Source: Pseudomonadales bacterium
GTDB taxonomy: Bacteria; Pseudomonadota; Gammaproteobacteria; Pseudomonadales; GM7GCV1
NCBI GenBank assembly: GCA_965221105.1
Contig: OZ244871.1
Location: forward strand, 114,453-178,452
Reading direction: 5' to 3'
Length of the DNA: 64,000 bases
Each line of letters starts with the position of its first letter. Position 1 is the stretch's first letter. Shown in pieces: positions 9,640-20,368 of the stretch. Below the pieces are notes generated by a model. It was not told where the DNA came from. It did not search any database and worked only from the letters and a program-made list of their open reading frames with translations. The position numbers and the translations under genes were made by a program.

Positions 9640-10967
9640 CACTGGTGCACCTCTATCTGCATTCCCAGTTGCTGTGCACTCTCAACAAAATTGGGAAACG
9701 AAGTCGCCACATTGTCGCAGTTCAGAATTTCAACCGGCCCGGCCGCACGAATTCCAGCGACCGCAAATGCCATGGCAATACGGTGGTCACCATGTGAACT
9801 GACACGTCCCTTGGTAAAAGCCACACCTGAAGCAACACCATGAATCTCAATACCATCATCCAGAACCTGGTGTCGAACTCCAAGAACACCCAGCCCTTCG
9901 GCCATTGCCTGGATTCTGTCGCTTTCCTTGACACGCAGTTCTTGAGCACCAGACAGACGTGTCCTTCCCTCTGCACAACTTGCTGCAATAAATAAAACAG
10001 GGAACTCATCAATCGCCAAAGGAACCAGTTTCTCGGGGATAGTGATGCCACTCAACCGGGATGAACGTGCGCGAACATCTGCAACCGGCTCTCCGCCCAC
10101 CGAGCGTTCATTTTCCAGAGTCAGATCCGCTCCCATCTGCCGGAGGATATGAATGACGCCATCACGAGTTGGGTTCATACCGACATGTCTGAGCACGACA
10201 TCAGCATTCTCGGCTATACAGGCCGCAACCATAAAGAAAGCAGCTGAGGAGATGTCCCCGGGGATATCAAGATCAGTGGCTGTCAGAATGCCGCCGCCGT
10301 GCAGGCTGATTCGGCTGTCTGCCCGTTCAACCGGGTACCCAAATGCACACAGCATGCGCTCGGTATGATCCCGGGTGGGCGCAGGCTCAATAACCGCTGT
10401 CTCGCCCTGGGCGTAGAGACCTGCCAGCAAAATGCTGGATTTGACCTGCGCACTGGCCATGGGCATAGGATACTCAATCCCCACCAGATGTTTACCACCT
10501 TTTATTTCAAGGGGAGGGCATCCTGCGCGAGCAGTGATAACCTGCGCGCCCATGAGCGAAAGCGGGGCTGCCACGCGCGACATGGGACGCCTGCTGAGAG
10601 ACTCATCACCAACAAGCATCGAATCAAATCCCTGTGCCGCCAGCACCCCCGCCAGAAGACGCATGGATGTCCCTGAGTTGCCCAGGTTCAGCGCTGCTTC
10701 AGGTGTGTTCAATCCGTGCAGGCCAACACCTTGAATCTCCAGTTCGCCTTCGACCGGATCGCTGATTTCAACCCCCATCGCACGAAACGCCGACAGCGTC
10801 GCCAGCACATCCTCTCCCTCGAGAAACCCGGAAACTCTTGTCCTGCCCACAGCGAGACTACCGAGCATAATGGCTCGGTGAGATATGGACTTGTCGCCAG
10901 CCACACGCACCCTGCCATCAAGCGTCGTCACGGTGCTTGAGATGAATCTCAGATTGGAAGCAGGCAT
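9639..10967 (-). CDS. aroA: EPSP synthase
   Basis: GDKSISHR, LGNSGTSMR, SAQVKS, ELRVKESDRI, DHRIAM. Confidence 0.97.
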   Translation of the reverse strand: MPASNLRFISSTVTTLDGRVRVAGDKSISHRAIMLGSLAVGRTRVSGFLEGEDVLATLSAFRAMGVEISDPVEGELEIQGVGLHGLNTPEAALNLGNSGTSMRLLAGVLAAQGFDSMLVGDESLSRRPMSRVAAPLSLMGAQVITARAGCPPLEIKGGKHLVGIEYPMPMASAQVKSSILLAGLYAQGETAVIEPAPTRDHTERMLCAFGYPVERADSRISLHGGGILTATDLDIPGDISSAAFFMVAACIAENADVVLRHVGMNPTRDGVIHILRQMGADLTLENERSVGGEPVADVRARSSRLSGITIPEKLVPLAIDEFPVLFIAASCAEGRTRLSGAQELRVKESDRIQAMAEGLGVLGVRHQVLDDGIEIHGVASGVAFTKGRVSSHGDHRIAMAFAVAGIRAAGPVEILNCDNVATSFPNFVESAQQLGMQIEVHQ

Positions 10968-10980
10968 GCGCAACGGGTGC

Positions 10981-11910
10981 TTACATCTGCGGAGTTACAG
11001 CTTTTGTGGACAGCGTATCTGGAGCCGTCTGATCGATGTCCCGATAACGTCTGCGCGCCGCCTGAGAGCGCCTGAGAATATCCTCAATCTGCTCTCCTGA
11101 ACCCTGCCTGATCAGTTCTCGAAGCTGTAGCAGGTGAGATTCAAAATTATCCAGTTGCCGAAGGAGTGCTGGCTGGTTGGCAAGAAATATGTCGCGCCAC
11201 ATCAGGGGGTCGGACTCGGCTATTCTCGTAAAATCCCGAAAGCCCCCGCCAGCGTAGCGGAATATCTCCGTTGTGGCGTCCAATGCCGCCAGTGAGTCCA
11301 CCAGTCCATAGGCCAGCAAATGAGGCAGGTGACTGGTTGCAGCAAGCACCTCATCATGATGTTCAGTGTCCATCAAATCTACCTGACTTCCCACTGCTTG
11401 CCACAACTTCGACACCAGCTGAATATCCTTCGCGGCATTGCAGGCCAGGGGCGTCAGGATGACTCGCCTGCCTTCAAACAGAGTGGAGCTGGCTGATTCG
11501 ATCCCGGTTTTTTCCGATCCGGCAATCGGATGACCTGGGACAAAGGGGACAGGGTCGCGGGACCAATAGTGCTCTGCAAGCTCAACCACACGTGCCTTGG
11601 TACTGCCGACATCGGTAAGAACGACACCCTCGGGCAGGGTATTGGCAAGAACGCTGAATATGTCGCCGTAGCTCCCAACCGGCACCGCCACAACAACCAG
11701 GTCTGAGCGTCTGAGTCTGGATACCCTGTCGGCGAGCTGGTCGTACGTGCAGGCGTGATCTGCAATACCCTTGTCTAATGCAATGTCGTTGGTTTCCGAG
11801 CGACGGTTCACCAGGCTGACGCTGGCAGCGATTCCATTGGCCTTGACCGCCCAGGCTAGACTGCCGCCGATAAGACCTGATCCCAGGACAACGAGATTCT
11901 CAAACAACAT
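10981..11910 (-). CDS. tyrA: Prephenate/arogenate dehydrogenase
   Basis: GSGLIGGS, TDVGSTK, GHPIAGSE, SHLPHL, GGGFRDFTRIA. Confidence 0.92.
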   Translation of the reverse strand: MLFENLVVLGSGLIGGSLAWAVKANGIAASVSLVNRRSETNDIALDKGIADHACTYDQLADRVSRLRRSDLVVVAVPVGSYGDIFSVLANTLPEGVVLTDVGSTKARVVELAEHYWSRDPVPFVPGHPIAGSEKTGIESASSTLFEGRRVILTPLACNAAKDIQLVSKLWQAVGSQVDLMDTEHHDEVLAATSHLPHLLAYGLVDSLAALDATTEIFRYAGGGFRDFTRIAESDPLMWRDIFLANQPALLRQLDNFESHLLQLRELIRQGSGEQIEDILRRSQAARRRYRDIDQTAPDTLSTKAVTPQM

Positions 11911-11918
11911 GGAGCTAC

Positions 11919-13010
11919 CTAGAGTGCCGCAATGGGGTATGAACCCAGTATTTTCAGCTCGCACCCAAGCCTGATAAGGCCGTCCAGCACTTCCTGAACC
12001 TCCGTTTCCTTGACATGTGCCGAAAAGTCCAGAAAAAACACATAGGTCCATTTCTGCGACGGTGAGGGCCTGGACTCCAGTCGGGTCAGATCTATCTGCC
12101 GATCCCTGAAGGGTTTCAAAAGTTCGAGCAGCGCACCCGGGCGATTGCGAACAGAGAGCATCAACGAAGTCTTGTCGCGACCACTGGGTTCAGTCAATTC
12201 CTTGCCAATAATCAGGAAACGCGTGGTGTTGTCCGGCCGATCCTCGATCTTTTCAGAGAGTATTGTCAGATTGTAGAGTTGAGCCGCAATGTCCCCAGCG
12301 ATAGCTGCACTGTTCCATTCGCTGCTAATACGCTTGGCAGCGTCTGCGTTGCTGTTGACAGCAAAGCGATCGACACCGGGATAGTTTTCCTCAAGCCATC
12401 GTCTGCACTGCGCGAAAGTCTGACTATGCGAGTAGATGCGCGTGATCTTTGCGGGGTCTGTGCTGCCAGCAATCATCAGATTATGGTGAATACGCTGCTC
12501 AACCTCGCCGACAATCTTCAAGTTGGAGTACATGAAGCTGTCGAGAGTGTGACTGACCACGCCTTCAGATGAATTTTCCACCGGCACCACACCGTAATCT
12601 GCCGCCCCGGCTTCAACCTCACGAAACACCTGGTCAATGGTCGACATGGGCCGCGCCAGAGAACTATGGCCAAAATGCTTGAGTGCCGCCTGCTGGGTAA
12701 AGGTCCCCTCTGGCCCGAGATAGGCAACACTTGTTGGGCGTTCGAGCGCCAGACAGGCCGACATGATCTCTCGAAACAGACGGGCAACTTCTTCATCGGA
12801 AAGAGGCCCCGTATTGAGTCCCATGATACGGGTCAGTACCTGAGCTTCACGCTCGGGACGGTAAAAAACAACCTCCTCACCCTGGTCGCCAATTTTGATT
12901 TCTGCAACATCCTGAGCCTTTTGTGCCCGCTCGTTGATGAGCTTGAGAATCTGTTCATCGAGGACATCGATCTGCTCACGAACAGCATCAAGCGACCTGT
13001 TACTGGTCAT
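11919..13010 (-). CDS. pheA: Chorismate mutase/prephenate dehydratase
   Basis: CM domain, [25 protein letters not shown] domain LESRPS; ATG overlaps the gyrA end. Confidence 0.96.
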   Translation of the reverse strand: MTSNRSLDAVREQIDVLDEQILKLINERAQKAQDVAEIKIGDQGEEVVFYRPEREAQVLTRIMGLNTGPLSDEEVARLFREIMSACLALERPTSVAYLGPEGTFTQQAALKHFGHSSLARPMSTIDQVFREVEAGAADYGVVPVENSSEGVVSHTLDSFMYSNLKIVGEVEQRIHHNLMIAGSTDPAKITRIYSHSQTFAQCRRWLEENYPGVDRFAVNSNADAAKRISSEWNSAAIAGDIAAQLYNLTILSEKIEDRPDNTTRFLIIGKELTEPSGRDKTSLMLSVRNRPGALLELLKPFRDRQIDLTRLESRPSPSQKWTYVFFLDFSAHVKETEVQEVLDGLIRLGCELKILGSYPIAAL

Positions 13011-15591
13011 GCTCAGCCCCGTTTCCGGCTTCTGCATGAGCTGCATCTTCAGTCTTCTCCTGGTCGCGTTCATCAATGCGTTCGGCAGCAATGAGGTGCG
13101 CCTCATCCTTGAGTCGAATCACCCGGACGCCCTGAGTGTTTCGGCTCATCACCGATATTTCGTCGGTCTTGGTTCGAACCAGGGTTCCTCCGTCGGTGAT
13201 CAGCATGATCTCATCACTCTCAAACACCTGAACAGCCCCAACCAGAGGGCCATTCCGTTCAGAGGTCTGCATGGCAATGACACCGCGCCCACCGCGTCCC
13301 TTCACGGGATATTCGTCAATCAGCGTCTGTTTTCCATAACCGTTCTGGCTGACAGTGAGTACCTTGCCGCCGTGCTCGGGGATTATCAGTGAGATCACCG
13401 AGCTGGTGGCGTCCAGGCGTATGCCCCGCACTCCGCGTGCGGTGCGCCCCATGGCCCGAACATCAGCTTCATCAAACCGCACCGCTTTCCCGGAATCCGC
13501 AAAAAGCATGACAGTACAATCGCCCTGTGTGATAGCGGTTCCAACCAGATGATCGCCCTCATCCAGTTCAACAGCGCGCAAGCCAGTAGTACGAGGCCGG
13601 GAAAAGGCAGAGAGCACTGTTTTCTTCACCGTTCCCTGAGCTGTCGCCATAAAGATATACCGATCATCGCTATATTCACTGACCGGAAGAATAGCTGTTA
13701 CCCGCTCATCCTCATCGAGCGGCAAAAGGTTCACCATAGGCCGCCCCCGGCTCTGCCGGGATGCCTCGGGAATCTGGTAGACCTTGAGCCAGTATACTTT
13801 GCCCATATCCGTAAAACAGAGGATGGTGTCGTGCGAGCTGGCTACCAGCAAATGATCGACCCAGTCTTCGTCCTTGAGATTGGTCGCTGACTTGCCCATA
13901 CCGCCACGACGCTGGGCCTGGTAATCTGCAAGGGGCTGGCTCTTCGCATAGCCCTGATGCGACAGCGTGACCACTCGGTCCTGTTCTGGGATCAGGTCTT
14001 CGTGGTTGAGATCCATCTGGCTGGCGACAATTTCCGTGCGGCGATCATCTCCGTAGGCATCACGAACCTCAATCAGCTCTTCCTGAATCACCTCAGTCAG
14101 CCGCTCGGTGTTCTCCAGTATTTCCAGGTACTCACCTATAGCTGACAACCTTTCCCGATATTCCTTGAGCAATTTTTCGTGCTCCAGTCCCGTCAGGCGA
14201 TGCAGACGCAATTCCAGAATGGCCTGAGCCTGCTCTGGTGACAGGAAGTACAGATCATCGCGCATCCCATACCTTGAATCGAGGCCCTCAGGGCGCGATG
14301 CGTCGGCCCCGGTCCGACCCAGCATTTCTGAGACATAACCAGGCTCCCAGCCCCGACTCAGCAGGGCCTCTTTGGCATCGGCAGGTGTTGACGAAGCCTT
14401 GATCAGGGCAATGACCGGATCAATGTTGGATATGGCGACCGCCAAGCCTTCGAGCAGATGGCCCCGCTCACGCGCCCTGCGCAGGAGGTACAGGGTACGC
14501 CGGGTGATTACTTCACGGCGATGCTGTACAAAGGCATCGAGGAGCTCACGCAGATTCAGGGTTTTCGGCTGACCATCGACCAACGCCACAGAGTTGATCC
14601 CGAACACTGTCTGCATCTGTGTCTGAGCGTAGAGATTGTTGAGCACGACATCGCCGGATTCGCCGCGCTTCATCTCTATCACGATGCGCAACCCATCCTT
14701 GTCAGACTCATCGCGCAACTCCGCAATACCTTCGATCTTCTTCTCTTTGACAAGCTCTGCAATCTTTTCAATCAGGCGTGCCTTGTTGACCTGATAGGGA
14801 ATCTCATGAACGATGATCGTGTCACGGCTGCTCTCCTCATCGTACCTAACCTCTGCACGGGCACGTACATAAATGCGTCCTCTGCCGGTACGGTAGGCCT
14901 CGACAATTCCTGCACGCCCATTGATGATGGCTGCAGTTGGAAAATCGGGTCCAGGAATGAGGCCCATCAGTTCCTCGATGCCAATCTCCTCGTTTTCAAT
15001 CACCGCCAGGCAGCCATTGACAACCTCGGTGAGATTGTGCGGCGGGATATTGGTTGCCATGCCAACCGCTATACCCGAGGAGCCGTTGACCAGAAGATTC
15101 GGAATCCGGTTTGGCAAAACATCTGGAATCAGCTCAGTTCCGTCGTAGTTTTCGACAAAATCGACCGTTTCCTTGTCCAGATCCGCCAGCAATTCATGGG
15201 CAATCCTGGCCATACGGATTTCTGTGTATCGCATGGCCGCAGCACCGTCACCATCTACGGAACCGAAGTTGCCCTGCCCATCCACCAGCATATAGCGCAA
15301 CGAGAACGGCTGCGCCATGCGGACAATGGTGTCGTACACGGCGGAATCACCATGAGGGTGATATTTACCGATGACATCACCCACCACTCGTGCCGACTTT
15401 TTGTACGGCCGGTTCCAGTCATTGTTCAGCTCATTCATTGCAAAAAGCACACGCCTGTGCACAGGCTTGAGCCCGTCGCGGACATCGGGCAGAGCTCTGC
15501 CAACAATGACACTCATGGCATAGTCCAGATAGGACTGCTGCAGCTCATCCTCGATATTGATCGGGAAAATTTCTCTTGCTATTTCACCCAT
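13000..15591 (-). CDS. gyrA: DNA gyrase subunit A
   Basis: [19 protein letters not shown], GyrA box QRRGGMG. Confidence 0.99.
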   Translation of the reverse strand: MGEIAREIFPINIEDELQQSYLDYAMSVIVGRALPDVRDGLKPVHRRVLFAMNELNNDWNRPYKKSARVVGDVIGKYHPHGDSAVYDTIVRMAQPFSLRYMLVDGQGNFGSVDGDGAAAMRYTEIRMARIAHELLADLDKETVDFVENYDGTELIPDVLPNRIPNLLVNGSSGIAVGMATNIPPHNLTEVVNGCLAVIENEEIGIEELMGLIPGPDFPTAAIINGRAGIVEAYRTGRGRIYVRARAEVRYDEESSRDTIIVHEIPYQVNKARLIEKIAELVKEKKIEGIAELRDESDKDGLRIVIEMKRGESGDVVLNNLYAQTQMQTVFGINSVALVDGQPKTLNLRELLDAFVQHRREVITRRTLYLLRRARERGHLLEGLAVAISNIDPVIALIKASSTPADAKEALLSRGWEPGYVSEMLGRTGADASRPEGLDSRYGMRDDLYFLSPEQAQAILELRLHRLTGLEHEKLLKEYRERLSAIGEYLEILENTERLTEVIQEELIEVRDAYGDDRRTEIVASQMDLNHEDLIPEQDRVVTLSHQGYAKSQPLADYQAQRRGGMGKSATNLKDEDWVDHLLVASSHDTILCFTDMGKVYWLKVYQIPEASRQSRGRPMVNLLPLDEDERVTAILPVSEYSDDRYIFMATAQGTVKKTVLSAFSRPRTTGLRAVELDEGDHLVGTAITQGDCTVMLFADSGKAVRFDEADVRAMGRTARGVRGIRLDATSSVISLIIPEHGGKVLTVSQNGYGKQTLIDEYPVKGRGGRGVIAMQTSERNGPLVGAVQVFESDEIMLITDGGTLVRTKTDEISVMSRNTQGVRVIRLKDEAHLIAAERIDERDQEKTEDAAHAEAGNGAEHDQ

Positions 15592-15936
15592 TTGGCGGGA
15601 GTTCCTCTGGTCACATGGACACCCTGTCCAGCGTACTCTGGAGCGACAAAGTGTGGGGTCTCTGTTACTCCTGCACGAATGGCTTCGACTGGCTATTATT
15701 TTTTCAGAAGCAGACTGCTCAACACGCGCAAAATTGTATCAAAACACGCGTAAAAGCCCAGTCAATTCGTGTCAGAATGAGGTAGCGAAATTGCCACCGG
15801 AGGGGCGCTGTACATGTACCAGCCACAATAGCACTGGTCACGGCAGACATAAAAAACCCGCCATCGGAACAGTGCCACCCCATACACCGCAAACCCAGGC
15901 ACGTCACAGTAGTGCGATGCTTATCACGCCTGCCTC

Positions 15937-15969
15937 ATAAAAGAACGCCCGGTGAAAACCGGGCGTTCT
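15937..15969 (-). terminator. Rho-independent terminator
   Basis: AGAACGCCCGGT-N4-ACCGGGCGTTCT 12-bp stem followed by a T-run on the minus strand. Confidence 0.8.
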
Positions 15970-15988
15970 GTGAGCAGATAGTCTGAGG

Positions 15989-16312
15989 TCATTCAGTGGC
16001 GTCTGCTTCAGCCGCTTCTTCCATGGGTTCGGCAGCTTCTTCATCCATCTCAGATTCGCCCTGTTCTGCCTCGTCCATTGCATCATCCATTGGCTCGTCC
16101 ATTGCATCATCCATCGCGTCCATTGGCTCGTCCATCGCCTCGTCCATCGCCTCGACCGCATCCTCTGACCCGGCAGGAGACATGTAGTCCATCTCCATGG
16201 TTTCAGCCGCCTGCGGGTCACTTTCAGGGGCCGATGCGGGTTCTTCCTGTGCGCAAGCTACAAGAAACACGGCACACAGGCCTCCGACTATCAGTTTGAT
16301 TTTGTTCAGCAT
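15989..16312 (-). CDS. Acidic Met-rich lipoprotein with MD(E/D)(A/P) repeats
   Basis: GAGGAG RBS; lipobox LVAC; 12 Met and no K/R in the mature part; own terminator. Confidence 0.8.
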   Translation of the reverse strand: MLNKIKLIVGGLCAVFLVACAQEEPASAPESDPQAAETMEMDYMSPAGSEDAVEAMDEAMDEPMDAMDDAMDEPMDDAMDEAEQGESEMDEEAAEPMEEAAEADATE

Positions 16313-16458
16313 GAGTCACTCCTCTTCATAATAGTGTTGTCTTGGGGGGAAGTAGTATAGCCTTTCACAAACCAAAATGCTCGGCTGGCCGGCTCGATGT
16401 GCGCCTGTTCATGAGCAGAGCGAGTGTACCAGGTGCGCAGACAGCCTGCGTCCACCAG

Positions 16459-17679
16459 CTAACCACTCCTGCCACGGGTTGCGGCGATACGCAATCGCAG
16501 GGCGTTGAGCTTTATAAAGCCTTCAGCGTCCGCCTGGTTGAACGCACCCTCATCTTCATCAAAGGTTGCTATCTGCTCATCAAACAGTGTGTCTTCGGAC
16601 TCACGGCCGACGACTATCACGTTACCCTTGTACAGCTTCAGGCGGACCCTGCCATTGACGGTCGACTGGGATTCGTCAATTGCAGATTGCAGAATACGTC
16701 GCTCCGGCGACCACCAGTAGCCGTTGTACACCAACCTGGCATAGCGTGGCATCAGGTCGTCCTTGAGATGCGCCACCTCTCGGTCCAGAGTGAGGGACTC
16801 GATGGCCCGATGCGCTTTGAGCAGAATGGTCCCACCGGGTGTCTCGTAACAACCCCGGGACTTCATGCCCACATAGCGATTCTCTACGAGGTCCAGACGG
16901 CCAATGCCATTGTCGCCACCCAGCCTGTTCAACCGCTCCAGCAAGGTTGCTGCAGAAAGGGACTCGCCATCGATACTGACGGGGTTGCCGCCTTCGAAGG
17001 CTATCTCAGTATAAGCTGGCTGGTCCGGAGCAGCTTCCGGAGATACACTCCAACGCCACATATCTTCTTTCGGTTCCCACCATGGGTCTTCGAGGTTGCC
17101 ACCTTCGTAGGAAATATGAAGCAGATTGGCGTCCATGGAGTATGGCGATTTTCTATCCGCACCGGCAAAGTCAACCGGAATACTGTGGGTATCGCAGTAT
17201 TCCATGAGCTTTTCGCGGGAATTCAGATCCCACTCGCGCCAGGGTGCTATGACCTGAATGCCGGGTTTGAGGGCATAGGCCCCCAGCTCAAAGCGCACCT
17301 GATCGTTCCCTTTGCCTGTGGCTCCATGAGAAATGGCGTCTGCACCAGTCTGGTCGGCAATTTCCACCAGGCGACGTGCAATCAGTGGACGTGCGATGGA
17401 CGTACCGAGAAGGTACTCACCTTCGTACACTGCATTTGCGCGAAACATTGGAAAGACATAGTTCGTTACGTAGTCTTCACGCAGGTCTTCTATATAGATT
17501 TCCTTAACGCCGAGGGCCTGAGCCTTGGCTCGCGCCAGCTCTACCTCCTCACCCTGCCCGATATCCGCAGTAAAGGTCACAACCTCTGCCTGATGATGAT
17601 CCTGCAACCAGCGCACGATAACAGACGTATCCAGCCCACCGGAATAGGCTAAAACGACTTTGTTCACTGTCATGGACAA
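16459..17679 (-). CDS. argG: Argininosuccinate synthase
   Basis: [34 protein letters not shown]. Confidence 0.98.
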   Translation of the reverse strand: MSMTVNKVVLAYSGGLDTSVIVRWLQDHHQAEVVTFTADIGQGEEVELARAKAQALGVKEIYIEDLREDYVTNYVFPMFRANAVYEGEYLLGTSIARPLIARRLVEIADQTGADAISHGATGKGNDQVRFELGAYALKPGIQVIAPWREWDLNSREKLMEYCDTHSIPVDFAGADRKSPYSMDANLLHISYEGGNLEDPWWEPKEDMWRWSVSPEAAPDQPAYTEIAFEGGNPVSIDGESLSAATLLERLNRLGGDNGIGRLDLVENRYVGMKSRGCYETPGGTILLKAHRAIESLTLDREVAHLKDDLMPRYARLVYNGYWWSPERRILQSAIDESQSTVNGRVRLKLYKGNVIVVGRESEDTLFDEQIATFDEDEGAFNQADAEGFIKLNALRLRIAATRGRSG

Positions 17680-17917
17680 TCACTCTGGAACAGGTTGTAC
17701 GGGGCGCACATTCTACACCATGGCCGGACACGCGTCGCCAGGAATATGACCGGCAGTTACTGGACGGAGCAATCTCATTTCAACTGATCAGGTACCGGCC
17801 CCAGCCAGAAATACAACCACTCCGGATGCGCGGTAGTGTCTCAGTTTGAAAATAATCCCATTCTGCCGGTTGAAACGGGTATACTGAGCGTAACATCGAT
17901 CTGCTTCGGAGAGAAAG

Positions 17918-18587
17918 ATGAAACAGTACCGTTACCCCCCCCCCCCCGCATAAGTTAATATATCCCCTGCTCCTGCTGCTGGCAGGGCTTGCGGCACCGG
18001 CCGCGGCGCAGACGACCGTCACCAGCAGCGGGCGAGACGGCCCCACCGCTTGTCTGGCTCAACAGGAGATCACTCCTGATAATGTCCCCATCACGAGTTT
18101 GTCTACGACCAGTGTGACCTTCACGAGACCGGCCGTAAATTGGAACCAATACGTCGCACGGCTCGGCGATGCGCCAGCACCTGCAAATGCCACTATGTCT
18201 GCCAATGTTTTCAATGCCCGTACAGGAGTGAATGTAAACGATTTTACTGGACCTATATCCCCTTCCACAATACAAATAAGCCGAAACCAATCCGTCTCTG
18301 GCCTGGCTGCGAAGACAAACTATTACATCGAAATTTCTGTGGATGATTCAGGACCTATCCCGAAACAGGTGTTTGCCAGACACTGCTTCATGACCGGCGG
18401 CTCCTACACCATATCGGCCAACCCCATCGCTTCAGGCCCAACGCAGGGGTCAACCGGGTGCTTCACGATCAGCCCCCTCACCCAGCAGGATGTGCGCAAC
18501 TGCTGGTGCGGGCGCAAGACTACCCTGCCCCTGTTCAGCTCCACCCAGGACAACACCGATTTCCTGAACAGGTGGGGGTGCCGATAG
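17918..18587 (+). CDS. Secreted Cys-rich FN3-like protein (about 222 aa), out of frame at a C13 tract
   Basis: GGAG RBS, ATG 17918; C12 would give MKQYRYPPPPHKLIYPLLLLLAGLAAPAAA-QTT.. in frame with ORF 18099-18587; 6 Cys; SGLAAKTNYYIEISV is FN3-like. Confidence 0.75.
17935..17947 (+). repeat. C13 homopolymer (slipped-strand contingency tract)
   Basis: 13 consecutive C starting at codon 6; the current length gives TAA at 17951. Confidence 0.9.
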
Positions 18588-18652
18588 CGGCCCGTGCCGG
18601 ACACAGGCAGGAGGCAGCCAGACCGTCCCTGTCGTTGCAGACCGCCGGAGCC

Positions 18653-18685
18653 GCCGTCGCCCGTCTTCAGAAGGTGGGCGACGGC
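18653..18685 (+). terminator. GC-rich hairpin downstream of the cassette cargo gene
   Basis: GCCGTCGCCC..GGGCGACGGC 10-bp stem; no clear U-tract. Confidence 0.45.
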
Positions 18686-19306
18686 AGGCGTATTCCTGGA
18701 TGTGCCGAAACCTCATCGACACAAACCTGCACGGAGATTTTCAAACTGGGCCACTACCGGATGCGCTGGCATCAGAACTTCGCGCATGTATCCAGTGTGC
18801 AGAACAGCCGGGCTGAAATTCCCCCTAATTCCCAAGATTGCAGATTCTCAAGAACACATGCTGGGGCGAGTAGTGAGCGCATAGCTTCGAATTAGGGTAC
18901 AATAAGACCCTGTTGGGAAAATCGGATTTGGGCTGTCGTCACCTGGAGCGGTACTTCCCGCTCGGGCTGTGCTTTCCAGCCAGAAGGATGAGGTCCTCTC
19001 GTTACATTCCGCTGCAGTGCGCGGCCCGAAGCTGCTCATATGCCGGTAGGTTTAATTGTAACTTTTTCTGAGGGCCGCCCCTGATGTCGTAAACGACATA
19101 GTCGCCAGGGGCGAGGCTGTGTCAAGCACTGCAATCTGTTATCCGTAGTGCACTACTTTAGAGTAACCCGTACCTCTAAAGCTCTAAACTTCGGCAGTTC
19201 ATTAAGCCATGTACCATCAGGCTACCGGGTAATTGGCAGGCCTCTTCTATTTCTATCGTACAATGAGAGCTGTTTCGCTGCCATTCGGCCTCCATCAAGG
19301 ACTCCC

Positions 19307-20368
19307 ATGAGTGCCAATACTCTCAGCATAACCCGGCCTGACGACTGGCATCTTCACCTGCGAGACGGTGCTGCACTCCAGCTGACCGTGCCCCACGCTG
19401 CCCGCTACAACGGCCGTGCTATTGTCATGCCGAATCTGCAACCACCCCTGGTCACCGTAGATCTGGCGGCGAGCTACCGCACAAGAATTCTGGCGGCCCG
19501 GCCCCAAGGCTCCGCATTTGAACCCCTGATGACTTTGTACCTCACAGACAACACAGCCGCGAGTGAGATTCTCGCGGCCAGTGCCCATCCAGCGGTGACC
19601 GCCTGCAAGCTCTATCCAGCGGGAGCAACAACCAACTCAGACTCAGGTGTCACCGACATCACCAACATTCACGGGACACTTGACGTCATGCAGGACGAGG
19701 GCATACCTCTGCTGATCCACGGCGAGGTCACTGACCCGAATGTCGATGTGTATGACCGTGAGAAGGTCTTTATCGACCAACACCTTGCCCCCCTGCTCAA
19801 GGATTTCCCGGAGCTCAGGGTTGTGCTTGAGCATATCACCACCGCTGAAGCTGCGCAGTTTGTCGAGAGTGGGCCCGCCAATCTGGCAGCCACGATCACA
19901 GTCCATCATCTGCTCTACGAGCGTAACCACATGCTCGCAAGTCGGATTCAACCCCACTTGTACTGCCTGCCGATTCTGAAGCGCAGACAGCATCAGGAGG
20001 CGCTTCTGCGAGTGGCGACGGGGGGCAACCCGCGCTTTTTCCTGGGCAGCGATTCCGCACCACACAGCATTGGGGAGAAGGAGAGCAGCTGCGGCTGCGC
20101 TGGCTGCTATACCGCGCATGCGTCCCTGGAGCTTTATGCGGAAGTTTTCGAGGCCGCTGGCGCTTTGGATACACTTGAGGCATTTGCAAGTCATCGGGGT
20201 CCGGATTTCTATGGGCTGCCGCGAAATAGCGACCGGATTGTTCTGGAAAGAAAATCATGGACAATTCCCGACAACTATACATATGGCGACTCTCACCTGA
20301 AGCCCCTCCGCTCAGGTGAACAGATTCAATGGCGCCTTTCCTCTTCAGGAACCAAGCCACATGAGTGA
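19307..20368 (+). CDS. pyrC: Dihydroorotase
   Basis: [30 protein letters not shown]; AAGGA RBS before ATG 19307. Confidence 0.97.
   Translation: MSANTLSITRPDDWHLHLRDGAALQLTVPHAARYNGRAIVMPNLQPPLVTVDLAASYRTRILAARPQGSAFEPLMTLYLTDNTAASEILAASAHPAVTACKLYPAGATTNSDSGVTDITNIHGTLDVMQDEGIPLLIHGEVTDPNVDVYDREKVFIDQHLAPLLKDFPELRVVLEHITTAEAAQFVESGPANLAATITVHHLLYERNHMLASRIQPHLYCLPILKRRQHQEALLRVATGGNPRFFLGSDSAPHSIGEKESSCGCAGCYTAHASLELYAEVFEAAGALDTLEAFASHRGPDFYGLPRNSDRIVLERKSWTIPDNYTYGDSHLKPLRSGEQIQWRLSSSGTKPHE

Larger units (their letters stand above)
17832..18758. mobile_element. Non-autonomous mobile insertion cassette (927 bp, IS1-like ends, no transposase)
   Basis: IRs GGTAGTGTCTCAGTTTGAAAAT (17832-17853) and ATTTTCAAACTGGGCCACTACC (18737-18758), 20/22; direct repeat GGATGCGC at 17824-17831 and 18759-18766. 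Confidence 0.88.

Noticed and set aside
14458-15753. 431-aa plus-strand ORF (similarly 16342-17652 and many others)
   Set aside because: Antisense shadows of gyrA, argG and other conserved genes
15592-15760. Long gyrA 5' leader as a possible gyrA RNA motif
   Set aside because: No convincing structure or consensus could be verified by eye
17777-17798. ATTTCAACTGATCAGGTACCGG resembling the cassette IR
   Set aside because: Needs a gap and several mismatches; not distinguishable from chance
19145-19156. Palindrome GTAGTGCACTAC resembling fused cassette ends
   Set aside because: Several 12-bp palindromes are expected by chance in 64 kb, and there is no flanking duplication
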